Shown here one piece after another: positions 18,305-26,136 of a stretch of 27,376 bases of DNA. Position 1 is the first letter of the stretch. Each line of letters starts with the position of its first letter. Under the pieces are notes generated by a model that saw nothing but the letters and a program-made list of their open reading frames with translations, did no database searches and was not told where the DNA came from. The stretch lies in IMG/VR virus record IMGVR_UViG_3300005528_000161, positions 1-27,376 of that record; one strand, written 5' to 3'. Origin of the DNA: a virus. Lineage: Duplodnaviria > Caudoviricetes. Made by a program: the position numbers and the translations under genes.

Positions 18305-18322
18305 CTGTGCCCGATGGTATCA
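18305..18322 (-). promoter_or_regulatory. Putative phage RNA polymerase promoter (copy 1) TGATACCATCGGGCACAG
   Basis: Exact repeat of 2698..2715, located right after the RNAP gene at the head of the structural operon. Confidence 0.82.
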
Positions 18323-18332
18323 AAATGCAGGA

Positions 18333-18364
18333 AGCCCCTACTCCTATGAGAAGAAGTAGGGACT
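18333..18364 (-). terminator. Stem-loop spanning RNAP stop codon
   Basis: AGUCCCUACUUCU-UCUCAU-AGGAGUAGGGGCU (13 bp including G-U pairs), then UCCUGCAUUUU. Confidence 0.55.
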
Positions 18365-20767
18365 GTCCATAACCGACCTTAGGTCTAGATCACCCCGCTC
18401 CGGCGGAGTAGGCAGATCGTAGAGCGCAGCAAAATCGCTAAGGGGATCGAAGCTCTCGTACATATCCACGAAGATTTCTCGTATCAACTGATAGAGCCTA
18501 GCTGCATCTGCGGCATGGGTTCCGTAGTCGTCATGGATCATAGCGAGGGACATTCCCTCAGCAGCAGCCGCTACAGTCACTAGAGTTAGATGACTGGCGT
18601 CGTAAGAGTGGATGAAGTTAGGAGCCACACCGTTCTTGTGACGGTTCGCGTCTGGCGTGTCCGTATCCACATTAATCCGAAGGAAGGCGTTACCGCACAG
18701 GTTGGTCCTAATGCGGTGGCTTGCCTGCTCGCTGTACGCTTGGCTTACTGGAAAGCCCGAAGGTACCGTCCAGCGTATAACCTCAGTCCCATTCCTGATG
18801 ATAGTGCGGGCAGACGCTTGTAGCCAAGTCATAGCCGCTCGGGCCTTAACTACTACGTCCCCGATGCTATCCCACACAAAGTGCGAAAGGTACTGTGCCG
18901 CGCGGCTGTACTCCTCTTTCTCAAACTGCGGGGCGGACCCCATCTTGAGATAGTCTCCTACGATAAAGTCCGCGCAAGAGAACCGAGTTGATCCGTACGG
19001 CAAGGTCATTACGGAACGCTTCACCAGCTTCCGGTTAATGCCGTGAGCAAGCCACCTGTCCCTAAAGCCAGCTTCATCAGGTGCGGCCTGCCTAAGCCTT
19101 AGAGATGTGACATCAGCTACCATCTGGTAGATGTCATTCGGCTTGCTAGCTGGAACAAGGTTCGTCGCCTTGCCGCCAACCTCGTCCCGAAGCATGGCTG
19201 AGAAGTTTTGCAGACCGTTGCAAGAGCCGTCCATACCGATGGGAATTCTGCTCTCGAAGGTATGCGGGTTAGTCACCCACTCCGCGTACTCCATGCACCA
19301 AGCAAGGAACTGCAAAGGGCAGTCCGCCTCTGTCCAACCCTGATAGGTTATTGGGTCTGTGCCGAACTGCACAAGCAGGTCCCGGCGGTCATGTACCCAC
19401 TTAACCCGGTCATCAAGGCTAACCTTGTCGTATCCCCACTTGTTAGCACCATGAATGCAGAACCACCGTTCAGCCTCGACAGTGTCTAAGGGCTTACCCA
19501 CGGAGAAGTGCAAGAGAGCCTTCTGCATATCAGACCCTTGGGGAGACACTCCCGTAGTCTGCGCGTAGAGACGTCCCCGGAAGTCAGCAAAGTACACGAA
19601 GTAGATAGCAGGGAAATCCCTGAACTTATCTGCCACTGTGGTCGCTGTGTAGAACCTTCCGTACTTGGTGCCTCTAAGCTTCATCTGAGTGAACCACTCG
19701 GCCTTAGCCTTCTTCCAGTGGATAAACTCTTCTAGCTGCCCCGGCGACATATCGTCGCGGGTCATGTCCCCAAGAAGCCAAGACGGCTTATCAGGCGCGG
19801 GGAACTCGGCTTGAGACAGGATTTCTTCCATGTCGAAGTGCTTGGCTACCTGCCTGATAGCGTCCAGCATCGGGCCGTTAATCTTCCAAGCTACCCGCTG
19901 TAGCGCGTTGATTGCTCCAAGCGGCTTAGTCATGTCCGCTTCATAGAAACTGTCCCTCTCGCCGTAGCTACGGACAGCGAACGGTTGCATACGGCGCATG
20001 GCTTTTGTGTGAAAGCCTCCGTCGCTGATAGAGACCCAGTCTTTAGGCGGCTCTACACAGGGAAGGTAGTAGGGAGTAGTCTCGACGATATGCCCCTTGA
20101 TCTGTCCGATAAGGTCCGTTAGTTCCTCCGTCAGACGGATGTGGATTGTCTGCCTGACTTGGTCAGCCCGGCCATTTCGCCCCGGCACAGCATCCTGCCT
20201 AGTCTCTACCATGCCTAGCTGCTCTAGCTGGTCCAGCAGATAACCGCCGACTTGATCGACGCCACCCGGCCCCCATTCAGGGAAGGGTACTCCGTTCTCT
20301 TTAGCCTGCATCTTAAAGACGGTCATGCGGTGCCGCTCTGACTTAGACATCCGCCTGCCAAGGTCATTGACAAGCGTATGGAAAAGAGCGGGGTCCGCCT
20401 GCTCGAATAGTCCTAGGAGAAGTTCGTGATAGCACGCCTTCCCAACCGCTGTTGCGACCTTGCGAGCCGCAGGCGGGTCACGATCATTCATCATCAGGTT
20501 CAGAGTGTTCCTGACAGCGAGATACGCGACCGCCTCCGGGTCAAGGGCTTCAAGCAGAACTGCGTGTGCCTTACGGCGACCCGCCTTTTTGACAGCGATA
20601 TCCTCACGGACAAGCTCTGACAACGGCAGAACGAAACGCCTGTAGATGGCTTGGGCGTAAGGGTTGTTGTTCGCCCTACCGCCTTCCTCATTTCTGGTCA
20701 TCATCCTCTCAGCGCGAGAGCGACCAAAAGCATACATCTGCTGTTCTAGTTCTACTTGTGTAAGCAC
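18344..20767 (-). CDS. Single-subunit DNA-directed RNA polymerase (T7-type)
   Basis: 807 aa with DFRGRLY, DGSCNGLQ (motif A), KRSVMTLPYG (motif B), APNFIHSYDASHL and IHDDYGTH (motif C). GTG start with AAGGAG SD. Confidence 0.97.
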   Translation of the reverse strand: MLTQVELEQQMYAFGRSRAERMMTRNEEGGRANNNPYAQAIYRRFVLPLSELVREDIAVKKAGRRKAHAVLLEALDPEAVAYLAVRNTLNLMMNDRDPPAARKVATAVGKACYHELLLGLFEQADPALFHTLVNDLGRRMSKSERHRMTVFKMQAKENGVPFPEWGPGGVDQVGGYLLDQLEQLGMVETRQDAVPGRNGRADQVRQTIHIRLTEELTDLIGQIKGHIVETTPYYLPCVEPPKDWVSISDGGFHTKAMRRMQPFAVRSYGERDSFYEADMTKPLGAINALQRVAWKINGPMLDAIRQVAKHFDMEEILSQAEFPAPDKPSWLLGDMTRDDMSPGQLEEFIHWKKAKAEWFTQMKLRGTKYGRFYTATTVADKFRDFPAIYFVYFADFRGRLYAQTTGVSPQGSDMQKALLHFSVGKPLDTVEAERWFCIHGANKWGYDKVSLDDRVKWVHDRRDLLVQFGTDPITYQGWTEADCPLQFLAWCMEYAEWVTNPHTFESRIPIGMDGSCNGLQNFSAMLRDEVGGKATNLVPASKPNDIYQMVADVTSLRLRQAAPDEAGFRDRWLAHGINRKLVKRSVMTLPYGSTRFSCADFIVGDYLKMGSAPQFEKEEYSRAAQYLSHFVWDSIGDVVVKARAAMTWLQASARTIIRNGTEVIRWTVPSGFPVSQAYSEQASHRIRTNLCGNAFLRINVDTDTPDANRHKNGVAPNFIHSYDASHLTLVTVAAAAEGMSLAMIHDDYGTHAADAARLYQLIREIFVDMYESFDPLSDFAALYDLPTPPERGDLDLRSVMDSPYFFS

Positions 20768-20775
20768 GTTGCTCC

Positions 20776-21624
20776 TTACGTGTCTGGTTCGAGTTTGTCG
20801 TACCTGCGGCCCTTCAATCGAGGCTCTCTAAGCAGGCCGTCTGAACTGTAGTCCATAGCTTCAACTTCGACGATCTGTCCGACCCAATCGTCAAGTTCCC
20901 TATCAGCGTCTGACAGGCCGGTTCCAACCCTGAGGGTCTTCCCACGGAAGTCCACAATGAGAGAGCCTATCCGGCCTTCATGCTTGCCCTCTCCGGGCCA
21001 AGTCCCTACAACCCGCAGGTCGAAGGACAGCTTCCGCTTGATCTTGATGATCTCTCCGGTGGTCCCGCTCCCGCGCGTCCAAGTCCCCTCAGGGTCCCGG
21101 AGGATCAGGCCGTCAAACCCCCCTCGTAGGAGGAGCTCATTGCAGGCGGTCTGAGGGTCCCCGTAGTCGCCCGGATTGATCCGGGCAGTCACATGTACCC
21201 GGGGAGAACGAACGCCGCGTGTGAGGCCCATACGGACCCTGTAGGGGGTGGCGTCGAAGCCCCTGTGGAACTCTGCCTCCGGGATCACGTCATGGATGAC
21301 GAGGATAAGGCTGTTGCTCTCAGTGAACCTCCGGAACGCCCCGCTGATCTCGTTAAAGGGCAGGTCGGGGTGCCAAGCCTCTCCGATAACCACCGTGCCG
21401 GCAAGCTGAGGGAAAGTACGCAACTCGCGTATGATCCCACCTAGAGCTTTGTTGGGCTCTCCGGTACGAGAGAATGCCTCTCCGGAGTCCACACGTATCA
21501 CAGCACAGCATCCGTCGTACTTAGGCTGAGCCTCGTACATAACCGCCATGTCTTCAAGGCGAAGGCGACGAGACTTAACTACCTTATTAATCTCGACTGC
21601 TTTCTGGACGATGTACTCAGCCAT
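20776..21624 (-). CDS. ATP-dependent DNA ligase
   Basis: KYDG (motif I), FSRTGE, VIGEAW, DGLILRD, KIKR, VGTGLSD and LREPR. The likely start is MAEYIV at 21624, overlapping the upstream stop, rather than 21732. Confidence 0.92.
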   Translation of the reverse strand: MAEYIVQKAVEINKVVKSRRLRLEDMAVMYEAQPKYDGCCAVIRVDSGEAFSRTGEPNKALGGIIRELRTFPQLAGTVVIGEAWHPDLPFNEISGAFRRFTESNSLILVIHDVIPEAEFHRGFDATPYRVRMGLTRGVRSPRVHVTARINPGDYGDPQTACNELLLRGGFDGLILRDPEGTWTRGSGTTGEIIKIKRKLSFDLRVVGTWPGEGKHEGRIGSLIVDFRGKTLRVGTGLSDADRELDDWVGQIVEVEAMDYSSDGLLREPRLKGRRYDKLEPDT

Positions 21625-21886
21625 TGGCGGCGTCGATAGCCTTCTGCACGGACTTAGCGTCAAAGTCCGACTGTTCGCAGATAAGGGCGAACAAGCTGGC
21701 TTGGAAGTCATCGCTGGCATCAGGGAACACATCCTTGATACCCTCGATCAACGCTTCGTCATACCCGAGTTGCCAATGAATGTGCTGGCGGGTCTGGATC
21801 ACAATTTGCCCCGCCTCAGCGGACGGGGGAGTTTCTACAGGAGGCTTAGTGGCTTTAGCCGGGATATGGGCCGGTGTGTCAGTCAT
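21617..21886 (-). CDS. Hypothetical protein, 89 aa
   Basis: The likely start is MTDTPAH at 21886 (AAGGA SD, ATGACTGA overlap with the upstream gene). It tiles the operon. Confidence 0.6.
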   Translation of the reverse strand: MTDTPAHIPAKATKPPVETPPSAEAGQIVIQTRQHIHWQLGYDEALIEGIKDVFPDASDDFQASLFALICEQSDFDAKSVQKAIDAANG

Positions 21887-22139
21887 GCTTCTTTTCCTTG
21901 TGAACGCGCTTGTGTACGTATATCGCACAGCAAATTGCGCAGGCCCCGCTAAGCGCGTAAACCGCAGTAGCGAGCAGGGATTGAGTGTCTTCCATGACGT
22001 GCTTCCAAACAAGCACTTGTGAGAAGCCTATAGCTGTGGAGCAGCCGAAGGCGTATAGGTAGTTCCCGGCGTTCACGCATCGGCTTTGAAAGCCTAGCAT
22101 GAACACCTGAACGAAGCTAGCTGCTGCGAGAAGGAGCAT
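21879..22139 (-). CDS. Small membrane protein (about 3 hydrophobic segments, basic C-terminus)
   Basis: LLLAAASFVQVFMLGF; YLYAFGCSTAIGFSQVLVW; LLATAVYALSGACAICCAIYV; tail HKRVHKEKKHD. Confidence 0.65.
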   Translation of the reverse strand: MLLLAAASFVQVFMLGFQSRCVNAGNYLYAFGCSTAIGFSQVLVWKHVMEDTQSLLATAVYALSGACAICCAIYVHKRVHKEKKHD

Positions 22140-22668
22140 CTGGCATTCTTACCTTAACCCGGTCGTCTTCTCCGATATTACGAAGCTGCCAAGTCAGAAT
22201 GAACATCGCGTTGCACATGACGTGCGCCAGATGCGGCAGACCGCTTTCCGGGTCGTTGTCTTCGCCAGCCTTCCAAGCTTGAAGGTGCCGCTCAAGGGAC
22301 CCAAGAGCATCCTTATAAGGCATACCGGCTTCCCAATTCCGCTCTGCATACTTCTCGGAACCAACCGTGAGCACATCCGCAAGCACGGCCAGAGAGTCCG
22401 GAGGGATCAAGTCGAAACGCCTCTTCCCTTTGTTGTACCTAAGCCCGCGCGTCGGGACTTCGGTTTTTGGTCGTGGAGTGCCTTCGTCACGGCTTTCCAA
22501 AGAAGGAAGCTCCGGTTCCCACTTGCTGTAGCTGGGGACTCCCCAAGGCGAGAAGAACTCCGCACACCCTCCGCACACCTTGGCGGAAGCCTTATGCCGA
22601 CAATTAAGGCAAGACCGCCCCGACAAGCTGATTGCCTTAGCTGCCCCAGACGAGATACTGCCGCCCAT
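22117..22668 (-). CDS. DUF5664-type (dATP/dGTP diphosphohydrolase-associated) domain protein with N-terminal Cys4 motif
   Basis: GLRYNKGKRRFDLIP...VLTVGSEKYAERNWEAG...SLERHL..W..GEDNDPESGLPHLAHVMCNAMFI matches the family signature as I recall it. CLNC-x8-CGGC lies upstream. Confidence 0.8.
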   Translation of the reverse strand: MGGSISSGAAKAISLSGRSCLNCRHKASAKVCGGCAEFFSPWGVPSYSKWEPELPSLESRDEGTPRPKTEVPTRGLRYNKGKRRFDLIPPDSLAVLADVLTVGSEKYAERNWEAGMPYKDALGSLERHLQAWKAGEDNDPESGLPHLAHVMCNAMFILTWQLRNIGEDDRVKVRMPDAPSRSS

Positions 22669-22670
22669 TC

Positions 22671-23861
22671 TTATTCTCCAATGTGTCCAAGCTGGATCGT
22701 GAAGGTATCGTACAGCGAGAGCCGATCATCTTCCCGCTTGACATGGAAGCCCATCCATTGCGCAGGTACGCTATCGTATCCAGCAATTCCGCTGTACTCG
22801 ACACCGCCCTTAGTTGCGCCGAAGAAAGCCCCGTTGACCACGAAGGTGCCGCTGTTGAAAGAGCAGACGTTATGCTTATCACCCATTCGGAAATACGTGA
22901 TATGCGTCTTCTCTTGTTCGGCGCGCTTAATCTTGTGCGCCTTCATAGCAGCCTCGTTAGCAGCAACGCCAACACCGTGCTCGTACAGGATAGTCTGCCC
23001 GTAGATTTCGGCAGTAGTGTAGCTACCATTCGGAATGTCGAAGGTCACGTTGTAGTACCCAGCCCGCTTTGTCACAAGCTCTAAGAACTTGTAGAGCGGG
23101 TACGACAGTTGCTGCTTACCGGGCTCAAACATATTGAGACCATGATCGTCCCAATCGTGATTGCCGGTTACAGCGATGACGTCCAGTTGAATTCCGAGAC
23201 GTGCAAGAGGCTCAACCACAAACTCAAACAAGCCAGAAGCAGCGTCCCAAATCTGTTCTGCGGTTCCCGTGTCCGTAGCCCGGGCAGAATTCTTGTGCTT
23301 CTTGTCGCTCTCGATAATGTCCCCGATGATACCGAGAACAATGCGCTCAACCCGGTAGCCAACGGCCATCTTCTGCTCGATCTGAAACAGGGCAGCACGT
23401 CCGTATTCAAACATACGCTTACGGGCAATCAGGGTGTTGTACCCGGGGCAAAGCTTTCCGATCTGTAAATCAGAGAACAGAAGCTCTACAGTCATCGGAG
23501 TACCGACTTGAGCGCCGATGAACTTCTTGAAGTCCCACGGGGGCCGTTCGGGAAGTTCGGCCACCATACGCTCGACGGTATCGAAGAAAGCCTGCTTAGT
23601 CCCAAGCCGGTCTACAAGAGCGCGGATATCGGCGCGAAGCCGGTTGTTCTCGCTCATAGCGTTTCGAGAACGCTGTAGTTCCCGGGCGCGGTCGAAGCCG
23701 CCGAAGTCTGTTTCGTCAAGGCGACTGACCCACTCGCGCAGGAGTTGTGTCGTCACCTTGCCGCGACCGCGTGCGCTAAGGGCAGAGGCCGCTTTGGTGA
23801 TAGTGCCGTGCTCGTTTACCGCTTCCTTAAGTTCTTCCGGGGTAAACGGGCTTGGCTTCAA
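22671..23861 (-). CDS. Calcineurin-like metallophosphoesterase with N-terminal HTH-like region and coiled coil
   Basis: SDLQIG, GDIIE, TGNHD, EHG and GDKH motifs. N-terminal HGTITKAASALS...VTTQLLREW is HTH-like. The start is uncertain (TTG 23861 or CTG 23879). Confidence 0.8.
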   Translation of the reverse strand: MKPSPFTPEELKEAVNEHGTITKAASALSARGRGKVTTQLLREWVSRLDETDFGGFDRARELQRSRNAMSENNRLRADIRALVDRLGTKQAFFDTVERMVAELPERPPWDFKKFIGAQVGTPMTVELLFSDLQIGKLCPGYNTLIARKRMFEYGRAALFQIEQKMAVGYRVERIVLGIIGDIIESDKKHKNSARATDTGTAEQIWDAASGLFEFVVEPLARLGIQLDVIAVTGNHDWDDHGLNMFEPGKQQLSYPLYKFLELVTKRAGYYNVTFDIPNGSYTTAEIYGQTILYEHGVGVAANEAAMKAHKIKRAEQEKTHITYFRMGDKHNVCSFNSGTFVVNGAFFGATKGGVEYSGIAGYDSVPAQWMGFHVKREDDRLSLYDTFTIQLGHIGE

Positions 23862-23875
23862 CTTTTCTATGACAG

Positions 23876-24256
23876 TCAGCCTTTCTTCTTTTCAGCGCGA
23901 ACCTTACGCGCCTTAGTGTTACGCGCGATACGCTTCTCGTCCTCAGTCTTGTAGGTCGGATGCGTCAGTCCGGTGATGTTAGTGGAATGCTTGGCGAGAT
24001 ACTGCGCCAATCCATGCCCGAACGCTTGGAGATTGGTAACTCCGAAGCGAGGGGCGTTGTTCTCAACCTTCCCGAGAAGCGCGTTGCAAGAGCGGTGAAG
24101 CGTCCCGCGAACAGCGCCTGTCCCGTGGTGATGGTCCAGCACGGGGTCCTTAGCAACGCCGGGAAGCTGGCAGAGAGCGCATTTGCCGCCCTGTGCCGCG
24201 ATCTGCGCGTTGCGAACCTCAGCTATCTGAGAATGAGTTAATCTTGGTGCGTTCAT
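23876..24256 (-). CDS. Recombination endonuclease VII-like nuclease
   Basis: QGGKCALC...VLDHHHGTGAVRGTLHRSCNALLGKVEN; follows the exonuclease. Confidence 0.9.
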   Translation of the reverse strand: MNAPRLTHSQIAEVRNAQIAAQGGKCALCQLPGVAKDPVLDHHHGTGAVRGTLHRSCNALLGKVENNAPRFGVTNLQAFGHGLAQYLAKHSTNITGLTHPTYKTEDEKRIARNTKARKVRAEKKKG

Positions 24257-25238
24257 CCGTTACTCGTTTTTCAAGGCGAGCCACCGCCGACAGGAGTTCA
24301 TCGCAGAACCTTCCGCTTATCCGCGAATGGCCACTATGATTGGCGAAGTCCAGTATGTGCGCCTTTGCATCGCACCGCATCCACAGTAGTGCTGCCTGCT
24401 CGCAAAAGCGGTCAGCCCAATTACCACCCTTTCGGTCGTAGTACTTGCGATATAATGCGGACACTACCTCGTAGGCGTCATCGTTGGTCTTACAGTCCTT
24501 AAGGTACGCCTCTGCCGTCTTCTCGCCCATCGGCTTGAAGTACTCTTCCTTCTTGGCGTTGAGGACTACGTGACCCTCAAGGCCCGGGCAGTTATCGGCA
24601 GTGTCTCCCATTAGCATTTGAAGCCAGAAGAACTTAGTACCATACATCTTACCGCCTGGTCCGATCCGCTCGAAGCACCCGGGAGATACCCGCACTGTTT
24701 CTCGAAAGCCGTTAACATGCTTCCAGATAACATGCAGCCCCGGGATCATCCTAAGGTCTTTATCCGCAGTAAAGATTGCGGCATACCCTTGGGGTGTTCC
24801 AATGGCATGATGCAGACAAGCGGCCATACCGTCGTCAGCTTCTCGGGTCAGCCAGTTCTTAACCTTGAAGCCGGCACCCTCGTACTCCATGAGCCAATCT
24901 TGGAGGAAGCTATGGTTCCTAGGTTTGACACCGCTCTTGCGGTTGGCCTGATAGGGCTTGACTGTAGCGATAAGGTACCTCTCGCCCTTGTTGCATCCCT
25001 TCGCCGTGTTGTGCACAACGATGTGCTCTGCACCAGCAGCCACCCGAGCGGCTTCTAGAAGGTTCACGGCGTTAGTTCGGGCTTGACCTTGGGTTGTCTC
25101 GTCGTTGCCGCTAGCGAAGTAGGCGAGGTAATCGCCGTCCACATGAAGCGTCAAGCCGGGTACCATAACAGGAGCTTCTCGAAGCTGTGGTGCCTCGTTA
25201 GCAGCGGCCTCGATAGCCGCTCTGAAATCGTATTCCAT
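24219..25238 (-). CDS. 5'-3' exonuclease (T7 gp6/FEN-like)
   Basis: VDGDYLAY, KPYQANRK, EADD, DKDL and GDTADNCPGL motifs. Confidence 0.92.
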   Translation of the reverse strand: MEYDFRAAIEAAANEAPQLREAPVMVPGLTLHVDGDYLAYFASGNDETTQGQARTNAVNLLEAARVAAGAEHIVVHNTAKGCNKGERYLIATVKPYQANRKSGVKPRNHSFLQDWLMEYEGAGFKVKNWLTREADDGMAACLHHAIGTPQGYAAIFTADKDLRMIPGLHVIWKHVNGFRETVRVSPGCFERIGPGGKMYGTKFFWLQMLMGDTADNCPGLEGHVVLNAKKEEYFKPMGEKTAEAYLKDCKTNDDAYEVVSALYRKYYDRKGGNWADRFCEQAALLWMRCDAKAHILDFANHSGHSRISGRFCDELLSAVARLEKRVTDERTKINSFSDS

Positions 25239-25242
25239 AGTG

Positions 25243-25279
25243 TCTCCTTAGAAGGAGAGCGGGACCGAAGTCCCGCCCT
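25243..25279 (-). promoter_or_regulatory. C(UUCG)G tetraloop hairpin followed by an SD-sequestering hairpin upstream of the exonuclease
   Basis: AGGGCGGGAC-UUCG-GUCCCGCUCU, overlapping UCUCCU-UCUA-AGGAGA, which contains the SD. Confidence 0.65.
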
Positions 25280-25283
25280 ACGA

Positions 25284-26135
25284 TCAGTACTCTTCCATCA
25301 GCGGGTCGGCAGCAGCGCCGACCTTGGCGTCCTGTGCGGCCTGCGCGACCGCCGCAACCCGGGCAGGAGCTTCCGCCTCAGGAACGTCGGGAGTACCTCC
25401 AGCGAACAGGAGTTCCGCAATCACGGAGCCAGCGAAGTTATCCGCAGACTTGATCCGGTTCTGGAAATAGTTCTTAGACTTAGGCGGGGAGATTTCCTCG
25501 CCCTTGTCGTTGGTCTTAGCTTCCCAATGACCGTCAATGAAGATGCTATCCCACATCTCCTTCGTCGCAAAGTTCCAGAGGAAGCATTGCAGCGGCGTCT
25601 TGGCCTCCGGGACAGTAACCAGCTTGCTGGAAACAGCGCCGGTGGCTTCGTCGAAGACTTCCACAAAGGGAGGAACGATGGTGTAGCCCGCGTCATCCCG
25701 CAGGTTCGCATACTTCCGCTGGTTGTCGCCCTCTCCTACAACCTTGTGCACAACGCGGCAGCGGAAGGGCTTACCGAGAAGTTGGGCGAAGTGCGTGCAG
25801 GTCTTATCGTAGTTCAGTCTGCTAAACAGCTTGAAGAAGTTTGCCTTATCCACAAGGCTGAGCGTCTCAGTGAAGCCGATGACATGCGGCGTACCGTCTT
25901 CTTTCACGGGATGCTGAGGACCGCTAAGTTCCCAAGCGAGATAGACCTTCTCACGCTTCTTAGGCTGGCCCTTGAATTCTTCGGTGTGAACGCCGAGTTC
26001 AATGTACTTAATGAGGCGGCAGTAGCCCCACCCTTCGGCGGGAGGCGCGAATTCCCCGCTACCCATCTTCTGCCCTTCGGCCATGTTAGGGCCTTGAGCG
26101 GCGGCTTGTGCGATTGCTGCTTGAATGTCGTACAT
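25284..26135 (-). CDS. Conserved replication-block protein, possible ssDNA-binding protein
   Basis: 283 aa between DNA polymerase and exonuclease. Beta-rich core with a flexible Ala-rich tail ending in acidic residues plus an aromatic (DPLMEEY), as in phage SSBs. Function is an inference. Confidence 0.55.
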   Translation of the reverse strand: MYDIQAAIAQAAAQGPNMAEGQKMGSGEFAPPAEGWGYCRLIKYIELGVHTEEFKGQPKKREKVYLAWELSGPQHPVKEDGTPHVIGFTETLSLVDKANFFKLFSRLNYDKTCTHFAQLLGKPFRCRVVHKVVGEGDNQRKYANLRDDAGYTIVPPFVEVFDEATGAVSSKLVTVPEAKTPLQCFLWNFATKEMWDSIFIDGHWEAKTNDKGEEISPPKSKNYFQNRIKSADNFAGSVIAELLFAGGTPDVPEAEAPARVAAVAQAAQDAKVGAAADPLMEEY

Positions 26136-26136
26136 A

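Noticed and set aside
21625-21732. Longer ligase N-terminus, and the longer 21617..22012 ORF, given by the track
   Set aside because: These would create long overlaps with neighbouring genes. Starts at 21624 and 21886 give compact 8-nt stop/start overlaps.
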